Source: Rhizophagus irregularis
Lineage: Eukaryota
Length of the DNA stretch: 64,000 bases
Direction of reading: 5' to 3'
NCBI RefSeq assembly: GCF_026210795.1
Contig: NC_089432.1
Location: forward strand, 62,001 to 126,000
Below, piece after piece: positions 22,571 to 35,500 of the stretch; the stretch's first letter is position 1; the number at the start of each line of letters is the position of its first letter. The translations under genes and the position numbers were made by a program. A model generated the notes under the pieces. That model had not been told where the DNA came from. It did no database searches and was given only the letters and a program-made list of their open reading frames with translations.

Positions 22571-23102
22571 GGACCCCGAGCAATATATATATAGGTAACA
22601 AGAAAGGTTAAAATTTTTATAATAGCTCTATGCAAGGTTTTTATTAAGATAAATAAGCAAACTCAACATGTGACTTCACAAATTGCCCAAAAATAAGCAA
22701 TCTAACCATATGACTTTATAATATTATATTTTACAAAAATTATTTGATCAAATTTTCTCGCATTTATGATTTACAATTTCACTTTTTTCAATAGTAATAT
22801 CATCTTAGCTAAAATATCCGTCTTAGTAATTCCTATTAACTTTTGCATATTAGCATAATACTATCGCTTATATAGTTAAATGTTATACAATGCATTATTA
22901 AATAATACTAAATTTACTCAATAAATAAGCAATTATAATATATGACTTTTCAAAAATTCTGTGAAAATAAGCAAATGAAAAATATGACATTGGCAAAAAA
23001 TATCATTAATTTTACGCAAATCGAACCTCTAACTGTGGCGGCTAAAATAGCATGTGACTAAGCAAACGATATTGTTACCTATACATATATTGCTCGGGGT
23101 CC
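22571..23102. mobile_element. MITE, possibly MULE-like
   Basis: TIR GGACCCCGAGCAATAT..TATAGGTAACA; flanks AGTAAACACA and TGTAAACACA. Confidence 0.65.
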
Positions 23103-23150
23103 TGTAAACACACTGAAGTGGATGTCAAAGATGTTGACTGTAATATGTTA

Positions 23151-23674
23151 CACAGGTTGAAAAGTGAAAAATCAGGCACCAATCGGTCACCAATCAGGTA
23201 GCTGATTGGTGACTGATTGGTGACTGATTGGCATTTTCGCTAAATACCATCACCAATCAGGCAGTTTGCTAACTTTTGATCCAGTAATCAGAAAAGGATG
23301 AAATATAGCTCATTGGAATCGTCTCAACAAGACGAATCTAATGGTAGTAAAATCGCATTTATAGGATTAATACTTAATGAGAAATTAAGTAAAATATAAA
23401 AATAAAATGTATCATTTATATTTTATTTAATTTTTTATTAACTATTAATCTTAAAGATGCGATTTTACTACCATTAGATTCATCTTGTTGAGACGATTCC
23501 AATGAGCTATATTTCATTCTTTCTGATCACTGGATCAAAAGTTAGCAAACTGCCTGATTGGTGACGGTATTTGGCGAAAATGCCAATCAGTCACCAATCG
23601 GTCACCAATCAGATACCTGATTGGTGACCGATTAGTGACTGATTGATACCTGATTTTTCACTTTTTGACCTGTA
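23151..23674. mobile_element. Palindromic CAC-ended MITE, copy 1
   Basis: CACAGGT..AAAAGTGAAAAATCAGG arms inverted over the whole length; 3-bp TSD TTA; second copy at 62663-63199. Confidence 0.85.
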
Positions 23675-24674
23675 TTAGAAAGTAATTGGAATAAATGGAA
23701 TGATTTGGCATTCCATCGTGGTGGTTATTGGGCAAATTTTTAGGTAGATCATAACAGTCACCTTTGAATTTGAGGTCGCATTATGGTTTTTAACAATGAT
23801 GTGATCGTTTAGGTGACAGGTCGACTTGTTCTTTATGAAAAGTAGTCTTGTTTTATAATGCTCAATTCTTATATGTATTTGTTTATCTTATATTTGTAAG
23901 TTTATATATGTAAGTAAACGTGATTATAATAAGACATAATTGCATCTATAATAAAGTTCTAAAAAAAAATATATATATATATATTTAAAGAATAAATTAT
24001 TCACAAGATACTTGATCATTTTACTTATTTTAAATAAATTTTTAGTTAAATTCTTAAAATGCATATTAATAATAATAAAAACCTGTATATAGAATTAATA
24101 TAAAAATTTTTGATTTTACTAAACCTATATACTGTATGTATAGCTCAGAATCCTGTTATACTTACTGGATAGCAAATTTTATATTTATTTATCCATTCCT
24201 AGGAAATTTTGCAGTAAAAATTAACTATTGATTATACTATAATAAATGGATTTGAAAATTTGAGTAATTCAAAAAGATTTGCATTTTCTAAATGAGAAAC
24301 CTTTTCTTAATTTATTTGTAATTTCAATATTATTTTTCAAGTGTAATAGTAATAGTAAAGCTTTTTAAAATTTACATTTTTTTAAAATCTTTTAAAATAA
24401 AAAAAAAACCATTTAGAATTTAATAATAAAATATACTATATTTATACTCATGATATACTATAAATACTTTACTATTGTGTATAAACCTGGCTAATTGTAT
24501 AAGTTAATATTAATCTAATATCTGAACTCAGATTTATTACTAATTCAGAAAAAAGCAGTGATGCAACTAATGATATTTCCTTCATATTCGTATACGTCTA
24601 AGAACAAATCAGATAATTTTTTGCGATTGATTTATGAAAATTTTTTCCATATTTATTAGAACGCTAAAATAAGA

Positions 24675-25973
24675 ATGAAAAATCTGAAAAAGACAAACAA
24701 AAAAGGGCAAGCAATAAGAAAGGATAAGCAACAAATGGAAGAGAATGTATTTTATAGTAAAACGTGTGTTACCAGAAGTATCAAATTTGCTGCCAAACAA
24801 CCAAGTAAAGAAGACCTTCAACTATTGGATAGTGAGAAATTTTCTTATTTTTTAGCAACGATATTAGCAAGAGACAGAGAAGTGGTAGCAGTAAACATGA
24901 CTATTACACCAATCAAGTGCAAAGTTTACATCGCTAAGAATGGTCCTTGGTCTCAAAAAGATAAGGATTTTATTAAAAAGATTGAAAAAACGTTGATAAA
25001 AATATCTAAAGACGCTCCTATATCTAATCAGATTTATGAAAGAGATGATATAAAGGAATTATATTTGGCTACAATGAAGCACTGTTCTCATAAGCTTGGC
25101 CATAGATTGAACAAACTTAGGACTGATATAACAAATGGGATGAGCGAAATGTACATCAAGTCTTTCTTGGAATATGCTCAAAATGAAGGTATTTCTATAG
25201 ATGATATATTTGATGATAAGAAACGACCATCTATGTCTAGTTTTTGTAATGAGTATTATCAAGTCACAAAAAATGATCCTAATGCTCCGAAAGTATTTTT
25301 AAGACATATCAAAAAGGTGGGATCCTATATCTCGCATTTAACGGAAATCATAGATTGCGCATGTAAAGGCAAGTACAAGGATCTATTTTCTTCTATTGAA
25401 ACGAATTTATTGGATTTTTGTGAAGAAATGCAACCGATATCTTCATGGAAGACTATTGTCATGAAATATATTTCTGATGAAAAGTATGAAGATTTCAAGA
25501 ACACATGTTTGGAAATTCGTGAAATAAAGTCAAGACTGGAAGATATATATGGTGGCATAAATAAGCAATTAGAAAGTAATAATTTTAATCACACATATTT
25601 GCACGCGGAGTTGAACGTATTGACCAAATTAATGGATATTGATAAAGGAAGTCAAGGAAGAAAATTTATAGCAGTCTCCAAGAAATGCTGTTATTTATGT
25701 AGATTATATATCAAATTTATACAATCAAAAGGACATAAATTTGTCATTTTTGGATCACATAATAAGTTATACCATAAATGGCAACTTCCAATTCCTTTCA
25801 GGAAAGATTTCATTCCACATGCTTCATTTTATCTCGATGAAATCATAGAAAATGAAATAAATCACCTTACTAGTTTACGTGCTACATCTGATAGTGATCC
25901 GGAAAGTGAGAATCGAGATTATAAAAAGATTAGATTTGTTCGTAAGATGGAACTTAGTGAAGAGGATCTCTAA
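24675..25973 (+). CDS. OTT_1508-like nucleic acid/nucleotide deaminase
   Basis: Intact 432-aa ORF; LHAELNVL, IAVSKKCCYLC, GSHNKLYHKW; N-terminal LATILARDREVVAV..VYIAKN. Confidence 0.75.
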   Translation: MKNLKKTNKKGQAIRKDKQQMEENVFYSKTCVTRSIKFAAKQPSKEDLQLLDSEKFSYFLATILARDREVVAVNMTITPIKCKVYIAKNGPWSQKDKDFIKKIEKTLIKISKDAPISNQIYERDDIKELYLATMKHCSHKLGHRLNKLRTDITNGMSEMYIKSFLEYAQNEGISIDDIFDDKKRPSMSSFCNEYYQVTKNDPNAPKVFLRHIKKVGSYISHLTEIIDCACKGKYKDLFSSIETNLLDFCEEMQPISSWKTIVMKYISDEKYEDFKNTCLEIREIKSRLEDIYGGINKQLESNNFNHTYLHAELNVLTKLMDIDKGSQGRKFIAVSKKCCYLCRLYIKFIQSKGHKFVIFGSHNKLYHKWQLPIPFRKDFIPHASFYLDEIIENEINHLTSLRATSDSDPESENRDYKKIRFVRKMELSEEDL

Positions 25974-25979
25974 ATGTTA

Positions 25980-26232
25980 AATATAGGTAAAAAGTATAGC
26001 TGCGTCAATAAAATTATAAAAATTAGCATAATAACGTATTCATTTAAAAGTTATATAGGTAAAAAGTATAGCTGTGTCAATAAAATTATAAAAATTAGCA
26101 TAATAACGTCATTTAAAAGTTATATAGGTAAAAAGTATAGTAACGTATTCATTTAAAAGTTATCTAGGTAAAAAGTATAGCTGTGTCAATAAAATTATAA
26201 ATTTAGCATAATAACGTATTCATTTAAAAGTT
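25980..26232. repeat. ~70-bp tandem repeat downstream of the deaminase
   Basis: ATATAGGTAAAAAGTATAGCTG(C/T)GTCAATAAAATTATAA...TCATTTAAAAG x3-4. Confidence 0.85.
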
Positions 26233-26379
26233 TCGTTGTTTGAATGACCAGTAAAATTTCATACAAGAATGTGAATTATTCAATGTTATGTTGCGAATGT
26301 AAAAGACTTGCTTTATTAATACAGAAATAAAAAATGAAGAAATTTCTATGTAATGTCTATACAATTATTTTTCAAACAA

Positions 26380-27500
26380 GACAAGACTATTTTATTTATC
26401 TTCTATTTTTACCCGCTTCAATGATTTCTGCGATTTGATCTGGCGATCAAACACCCACATGATTTGCCCGAACAAGTTCTGGAGTTTTTCAAGCATAAGA
26501 CTTTTATTGAACACACTCTCGTTATTCGTTAATGGGAAAAGTAAATGGTGTTCGAGAACTCAATAATACGTCGACATTCCCATTATCATTATCATTGCAT
26601 TCACCAGTAGTGACTAACTTAATTATGACCCAATCGACCCCTGTCGAAACAATACCATACATTTTCTTTTTATCACGCTGAGACGAAGCTTGTAACTGAA
26701 TTGCATTCTGACCAACACCTTGGTTAATACTTAATATTCTCTCTTTTAGCCTGGGTAACAACGATAATCGTATCTCCAAGTATCTCCAATCTTGATAACC
26801 CAATCCACTGGCCCTTTTCCATGGCTTGCGGATAACTCATATTCTGGACATACCTTCACTTCACCACCATAGCAAGAAGCAACGCCATGAAGAATGGATG
26901 AAATAAATTCGCGTCTTGTTGCTTCGTTTGCACTAGTGATGTGAATACAGGTCTTATACTTTGTAGCTATATCTTCCAAAACATGTCCAGAAACGTCCAC
27001 GATGAAAATGGTTGTTGTGCTGTATAAACGCCAAGGTTGCTCTCGTTAGAATCTGTTGCGTAAAACTCACGAAAAAAAACATAATACTTACATGTGTCCA
27101 CCATAATTGGGAGGTCCGTCTTGAATCCTTGAGTCCAGATTACGCTTACGCCATACGTTGCTGTGCAGTGAACTTCTTTCGTCTCAACAGGACGCTGTAC
27201 GATTATATGTATGTGTTTGTCGGCTGGCTGGGAGGAAAAGTGTTTGCTAATTTTCGAAAGTGGAGGAAGTTCCACACCATCAAGTTCGTCCTTGATATTA
27301 ACGTTAATTTTTGTGTTGATAATTTATCGTTTCCTTCTTCGAGGGAAATGTCGACCTTCCCATATCTTGAGATCTTTTGCTTTAACATGATCCCAATTTT
27401 TTCCTTGATAGCTTTTATAGGGATATTTGGCTCGGATAAAAAATAGTGTGTTACGTTCCGGAGTGAGATAAAAATTACTTCTGGGAAAGGGCTAATCATT
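26380..27500 (-). pseudogene. Crinkler-like (ubiquitin-like + restriction-endonuclease-fold) pseudogene
   Basis: HIHIIVQRP, ANEATRREFIS, GKGPVDWVI, GVGQNAIQL, YGIVSTG spread over several frames. Confidence 0.75.
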
Positions 27501-28109
27501 TTCTCATGTACATCGATAAAATAATAATACTTTATTTATGAAATAAAAAAAACGTTGCCGGAGCAACTGATACACAAAATTGCAAATATTATAAAATATT
27601 ATTTCGCATTACTAGTCATAATAATTATATCCTCTTTACAAGAACATGGTGAATGTCCATGGTGATATTCTCATTGAAAAATTCCGAAATAAAGCTCCCT
27701 CCTTCTCACATAGCAACGTATTTTACAGGCACAGAACGAAATGCGCCAAGATAAAATGGAACATTTCTGAATGGGTGTGGTAACTGTTGCTGAATCTGAG
27801 CATGAGGATTTCTGACCATATTTCCAGGGAAATTGTAATCGTTAGATTAACATTATTATGTAGGATTCCAATGAAGCAACCAGTGGGGATGGTCATATTT
27901 CATTTTCCTGGCCCATAATGAGAAAAACTTGTCCCATGTATACATAACTTCTGGTATATACATACCTTGTTTTTGCGCGAGAAAGTTGGCTGAACTTCTA
28001 TATACTCCTACACACTTTATATCTTGCCGGGAAAAAAGATAAGGAGGTATGAGACGTAATTAGTATTGTTGTCTGATGCTAAGAGCTCTATGGCCGAAGG
28101 CGCTAAAGG

Positions 28110-28375
28110 AAAAGCACATGCAAATGGATTCTTCATACCTTTTCACATGTAGATCTACCCTGCAAGAGATATAGTTGGCTTTACGCCTGGCGATCTCAAA
28201 ATTGCGAGTCCCTCAGCCTTTCATAACATATGCTTTTGCCGTCATTATTTGCTTATAGGGTAGGTCCTGTGTTGCGTATAGACATTCTTTCACATTTTTC
28301 TCATGTTTGGGAAAAAAATAGAGTTTGTATATTTTCTTTTCGTTTTATGCGAAAATTAATATGTCACACAAAACC
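28110..28375. repeat. Dispersed ~270-bp repeat also found at 53885-54160
   Basis: AAAGCACATGCAA...GCTTTACGCCTGGCGATCTC...CTCAGCCTTTCATAACATATGCTTTTG...CTTATAGGGTAG shared. Confidence 0.8.
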
Positions 28376-29418
28376 TGACTGATGATCCAAGTTTTTTTTT
28401 AAAATTTTTATAATAAATAATAGATATAATTATAAGATTAAATAATTTAATTAGATATTAAATTACTATTTTTTTTTTATTAATATACTTAAAAAGAGCA
28501 GTAATCTTTATTTAAAGAGGAATTTACATAAAATTACATCTTATTCAAAATAAATTTAACCTTATCCACCAGCAGATATACTTTAGAAGTTTAGATAATT
28601 ACATAATTTTTTTAATATTATATTAAATTTACTTATTCATAAATTTTTCTCATCATAATAAAATTATCAATTTTTAAGCTTATATAATATTTGCAAAATT
28701 TAATATTTTTCAATTTAACTTGATAAATTAATATATTTTATCAAAATTATCAGTTAAACTTAGAAATTGCATTATTTAAAGTTTAAAGTTTTAAGACCTT
28801 TGATAGAATTCCAAGAAATAATGCATAAAATAAGCTAAAATAATCATGAAAATCTTTCCTTTTTTAGATAAATTTTGATAACATTGGTAAAAAATATATT
28901 ACTTTATTTAGTAATTGGCTGATATTATTATAATTTTGACTCTAAAAAAATGTGTAAAGCTAATAGTAAATTTTGCCAATTTCCTATAACCTATTTATAT
29001 ATTGTTCAGAGTAAAGCTGCCGCTTGAAACTATTTCCGAATTCCAAAACTAATTTCGGGCCCAGAAATTTTTCTGAAACTTTTCTGAAATGCTGAAATTA
29101 TTCCAAAATTCTGATTGGTCTGTTACCAGCATTATGGCACGTAATTTATAATTCCGGCCGGAATTATATATTTTGTGTAATATATATTTCCATATAAGGA
29201 AATTATTGTTACACAAAGTGAGTATATACTTAAAATGAAGCTAATCTGCCATCGTAAGAATGCACATGAAATTCAAACGCTACAAAGCATGGCGGAGCAT
29301 CCCAATCCACCCTTTTTTGAGGCAGGTCAGCCAGTTTTGGTGGCTATTTTAGTTTGTTTATTATGACACAGTCAAATTAATTGACAGTTACAGTTAGCTA
29401 CACCTCACACGTAACCTG

Positions 29419-30117
29419 TAGTGCTCCTAACAGATCAGATCAGACCAGATTTTACTTAGATTCAATCTGATCTGAAATTAATTAAATCTGATCTGATCTG
29501 AATCAGATCGGTTTAAATTTAATCTGAATCAGATCAGATTTAATCATATTCAAATCTGATCTGATCTGATTCAAATCTGATTAAATCTGATCTGATCTGA
29601 ATCTGATCTGAATCTAAATAAATATGTTATAAATTCTAAAGTTATAATTTGTAATTCCAGTCAAATTCAAAATTCTGAAATTTCAGCCAAAATGCTAAAA
29701 TTAAATATATAATTCGGCCAGAATTATGCACTTAACTCTGGCAGGAATTATTGAATTTCCCAAAAAGGAAATTTAGGTTACACAAAATGCCAAATTTGTT
29801 CCTATAAAAATTGATTTTTGTGGAATGGCTATCGCCAAAAAAAGGAAATGATCGACATATCCATTTTGACTGGAGTTTAAAATTATGAATTAATTCCAGC
29901 CGGCATTATGAATTCAGCTGAAATTATTAGTAAAATCAAATCTGAGATCTGAATCAGATTTTAAATAAGCCTAATCTAAATCTGATCTGATCTCGATCTG
30001 ATCTGAAATTAATTGATTTCGATTCGTTCGCATCAAATTTTTGATCGAATCGAACTGCAGATTAAATTTATCGATTCGATCTGAAATCTGATCGATCAGA
30101 TTTTTTTCGAAAGACTA
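29419..30117. mobile_element. hAT-like MITE with GATCA/ATCTG subterminal repeats
   Basis: TAGTGCTCC... and ...AAAGACTA termini; exact 8-bp TSD GTAACCTG. Confidence 0.8.
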
Positions 30118-30429
30118 GTAACCTGGTATAGATTTCAAACATGCAGGCCATCCAAGTGTTTTATGTAGCATAAATGTGTCATTACTGCATTTATTTAAAT
30201 CTAACATAATACTTCCAATTGTATTCTTAGTACATCTAGTGTTTTAGCAACTCACTTGTATAATTTAAGCTTCAGATGGCTTTCTTCTGTAAAATTAATC
30301 TTAGAAGAATAATTGTGCACACTTAATATTATTAATTTTTTATTGTTAATTAGTGGTCCACCTCTTTATTTTGAGGAAGAAGGAAGCATCATATAATAAA
30401 AAAATTTTAGCAGCAAATTTGGACAATTA

Positions 30430-31389
30430 CAGTCAACTCCATCTATAGTCACTCCCGTTATAGTTACATTCTACTATATAGTCACACCAGTTGAATGTTC
30501 AAAACACTTTATTATTAAAAACTATCCTATATAGTTACAATCTATCTATAGTCACTATCACACCTATCCTCAAAAATCTTATATTAAAAAGAACCGTTTA
30601 TAATCACAGTTATATAAAGAATATATTAAATAACTTGGCATCTAATAATCGTACAAAGATGTATCATACCTTGTTAGAATCGTCTCACTGAGATGAATCA
30701 AATGGTGGTAGTTTTATCCTTTTGTGACCACTGGCTGATGAGTTATTCAACAAAATGTTAAGTATCGGCATTATTATATTTCTTGATTTACGTTTACTGC
30801 GCCATTTAACATTTTGCTAAATTTCTTGGTACCTAGTAATTGTAAAAGGACGATTAATAGCTCGTTGGAATCGCCTCATCGAGACGAATCGAATGATGAT
30901 CAGCTCATCTCTCTATGATCAATATTGACGGAGTTACTACTTAAAAACTATTTAATATTTTTTAATTTCGAAAATTGATCTAGTGATTGGATTTCAATGT
31001 ATTTTATACCATTAGATTCGTCGCATTAAGACGAATCGAATGGTAGTAAGATTGTCTCTCTAGGATCAATATTGGCAGACTTATTACACAAAAACCATTA
31101 ATATTTTTTAATTTCGGAAATTAATCTAGTGATTGGAATTCGATGTATTTTATACCATTAGAACCGTCTCATCAAGATGAATCGAATGGCGGTAAGATTA
31201 TCTCTCTAAGATTAATGTTGGCGGAGTTACGATACAATAAAGTTTTGAGTATAATTTTGGCTAAAATTATGTTAATTTTTGGCCGGAATTATGATATACT
31301 AATATAAGAAATTTTTTATATAGTCACATCTCTTTATAATCACCAAATATGGACTGTCCCAAATGTGTGACTATAAAGAGAGTTGACTG
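30430..31389. mobile_element. Tc1/mariner-like MITE
   Basis: CAGTCAACTC...TATAGTCAC and GTGACTATA...GAGTTGACTG; TA on both sides. Confidence 0.8.
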
Positions 31390-32597
31390 TATATCCTAAT
31401 AAATATATAAATCTCAGTTTGTTATATTTAGTTATACAAAATTTTTCCTTAGTGTAAATCTTATCCTTTTTTTGTGAGATACATATCTTTTTACACCAGA
31501 TCATAAAAAAAAAGAAAAAGCAAATAATATATATTTATGTATTTGCATTTTTTTAATTTATATCTAGAAATATATTAAATAATTTATAAATAAAAAGAAA
31601 ACAGTCAATTTTGAAAATATTAATATTAAAATTAGTCAATGTGAGTCATTTATTAATATCTAAATAACTTTATTATAAAAAAAAATTAATAATATATATA
31701 TAATAATATATATATTCAGATTTCAGACTGATAAATAAAAACTAATAAAATTTATCTTCTTATTGGAAGTTAATTATGTATGTATTTGTATTTAAAACTA
31801 TACTGTGTAAAACTATATATACTATATAGTGCATAGTGCTCCAAAAAAAATCTGATCCGATCAGATTCAGATTGGATCAGATCAAACACGAGAAAATCTG
31901 ATCCGATCTGAACAGATTTTGGATCAGATTTTTTTTTTAAATTTTTTAAAAAAAAAAAATTCATTTTTTTAAAAACCCTTTCCTGGACAAACGGACGCCG
32001 GACGACCAAGATTTAAAAGAACGAACTAGGTAAGTTCATTTCTTTTTTTTTGTTATTTTTACTTGAGGGAACTTAATTAACGGTTCCCTTATTTTTTATT
32101 AGGAAGCCTGGATGAATGAAGCCTAACGACCAGGATTTAAAAAAAAAGAACGAACCTATGGTGAGTTCGTTCTTTTTTTTAAGGTTTTTTTTTTATTTTT
32201 TATTTAAGAGAACGTAATTAATGTTCCCTTTCTTTTTTTTAGGAAACCTGGACGTGGATGAAGTCATTAACGACCAGGATTTAAAAAAAGAACGAACTAT
32301 AGTAAGTTCGTTTCTTTTTTTAAGTTTTTTTTTTATTTTTACTTAAGGGAACGTAATTAACGTTCCCTTTCTTTTTTTTAGGAAACCTGGACGTGGACGA
32401 AGCCATTAATGACCAGGATTTAAAAAAAAAATGAACTATGGTAAGTTCGTTTTTTTTTTAAGTTTTTTTTTATTTTTACTTAAGGGAACGTAATTAACGT
32501 TCTTTTCTTTTTTTAGGAAACCTGGATGTGGATGAAGCCATTAACAACCAGGATTTAAAAAAAGAACGAACTATGGTAAGTTCATTTCTTTTTTTAA

Positions 32598-35500
32598 GGG
32601 ACCGATCGCGACTCAATAGGTGAAATTTATTAATTACGATTTACGCAAATCTTTACCGAAAATTGCTAAAACTCCTATTTTACCGGATCGTCGTCTCATC
32701 ATGTGATATAATATGCAAATTTTAAATACAGTAATTAATAATGTCGATCCTAACTAAGCCACTTGAAGAGTTTGAAGTCGCCAGAGTTCCACGTCTTCGA
32801 TTTTACTATGGAAGAACGTAAGATTCCGATCATATATTTTTGGCTATTTCAAGCTTTAAATAAATTATTTATGAGCAATTTTAACCAAAATCGGTTAGTT
32901 TTAGATTTTTTTTTTGGGTTTAACCCTATATATAGTTTATTTAGGCATCGTTCCTTTATTTTATTTTTTTTTTAAAACATACTGAGCGGTGTTTAATCAT
33001 AAACATTTACTTTCTACCAGTTTATTTATTATATTATAGTGCGTTATTTACCATATTTTCTGTAGCTTGTTCCTTGAACGTTCGTGCATAAGCTGAGATC
33101 CAATTTTGTATTGTTGTTATCTTAGGGACGTTTTCAGCTTTCAATTCACCAGATTCAACAAATGTCAGCAGTTCATTATACATATCCTTTGCTGACATCT
33201 TATCCTTTTGATTAAGATTTCCATTCAAAAAAAAACTTTTCAACAACTCCTTTACCTGCTTTGTCATTCTTTTTCCCTTTCCTTTTCCTCCTACTTTTTG
33301 ATTGCTTTTTAGCGCCCATCCCATAGGAAATTGAAAATTCATGTCAACAGAACTAATTCAATACAAATCATGTAGGTTTATAATTTGAATTATGTTTGTT
33401 TAAGTTTCACATCTATTTACCTTACATCTTCTAATTCACCATCACCATTATTATTATTATCCATGAATTCTGGTATGCTAGGTGTATCTATATATAGAAA
33501 ATTATTAGTCAAATGTTATGATGAAAAAATTTTATTTCAATCAATCACCTAACAGAGGAATTGTCCAAGTTAATTCAGGTTCAGTTTGTTCAGAAATCTT
33601 TGGATGGGGACGAATAATTGGTTTGGTGCATAGTTTGGCAATTGCAGCAGGAGAAAAATTATTCCATGGACCAAAATGTGGAAGTGATCGGGCACATACA
33701 TAACCTGTCATTTCGCCAGAAATTGGCCATTTCCAGTAAAACAAATTTGAAATACCTTTTATAGTTTTGACATTGGGCTTTGAATTTTGTCCTTTTTTGC
33801 TAATATTATATATTTTTTCATCTTCAGGTTCAAATTGACTTCGATTTGGTTCTAAATTTGCCAGTGATGTACCAGCTAAATGTTTAGCTGCTTCCACTAT
33901 ATCCTCTCCATCACGAATATCATATCCAATCCGAATATATCGTTTGATTGAATGGGAAATCTAAAAAGAAAAGGTAATTTTAATATGAAATTTATTGCAA
34001 TGACTATAACAATAATACTTACTGCAGCATGATGCGAATCAATAGTTGTTTTAGCTTCGCCTGGTTCAAGAAATTGCCAATCACGAACCTCAATTTGATA
34101 CCACTCATTCCAATGTGCAACTATAGCCATAAGTTCTGATGAATGGTAATGTGCCCCATTATCTGAAATTACTCTAATCCACTTTGGTTTATGTTTTATT
34201 GTTTCAAAAACAGCTTCAAATGAGGAGGCTGTAAACCAAGCATCCTGTTTGGTATCAGTTGACCAGTGATCGTAGGCCCTTACATCTAACTCTTTGCAAT
34301 CTTTTTTTTTTGTAAAAACCAGAATTGTATGAAGTGTCCATCCACGTTTTCCAAAAAATTCTGCTTTAGTTTCCCGAGCAGATCTTGGCAAAATTCTCAT
34401 CTTATAATCAACAATAAATAATGCACCATTCTCATCAAGACTGGCCAACGTAGTTTTAAATTGAGCATTCAAGTATATCTTTCGTGTTGTATAGGCTAAA
34501 AAATATTGCAAGTGTTCCTTTATTTCGTCTAAAGAAGCAACTTGATCCTCCATTATATGTAGGTGCATAAATTCAAAAAATTCAAAAAATTTATCACATT
34601 CTGAGCACCGTGAAGTATGTTTTTCAGAACACTTTCCAAAAGCATATGGCAAACAATGGGAAATACAGGGATTATGTATTGTTGTACCATCAGCATTAAC
34701 CACTAATTCTCTTTCATAACCACGACGCAGATGACGCTTTAAATCATCAATTTTTCGCAATACATTATCCTAAAGATATTTAGAAAAGGTAAATTATAAT
34801 ATAATCAAACTAAATAATTTATTTATCAAAATAGATTCCACTTACTAATTGCTCCTTTTGCAAAAATGTATTGCATGCAATAGCTGTTAAAGATTCAAAT
34901 GGAGTATAGCCATATTCATTACAAGTAAGACAAAGTCCACCCATATCATCCCGATATTTAATGTTACTACAGTTTGCTAATCGGCCCATAAATGATGTCT
35001 TTTTCATACCGTTAGGAAAGGTTTCTTCAAATTTTTTCCACAATTTGATTTTTTGATCACGCATATATAATATTGGGGATCCATTTTTATCCACCTGGTA
35101 GGAACTTTGTGCAACTACACTTCGATCCTGAAAAAAAATTAGAAATTGTCTTTCTTTAATTTCAGACATCCGTTTAACAATTCTTTTTGGCTTTATTAGG
35201 CTTGGTGCACCTGGTCCATTAAGTCTTGCATGTTTTCGTGCAGAATTAATTATATCACTTCCTATCTGTAATAATTTAGATTTTTTAAGATTTATTTTAT
35301 AATGAATTCAATATGAATTTTATCTTTACCTTAAACTTTTCTTTGAGTTTTTTGTATGTAAAATTTTCGGCAATTATTGAAAGAATCCTAACATTTCCAT
35401 CAATTCCTCTTTTATTTGTTTCTAAAGCTTTTTGTAAACTTTTCCAAAATGTTTCACTTTCATTATCAGGTTGAGAAAAAGATTTATTTTCTATTACTAA

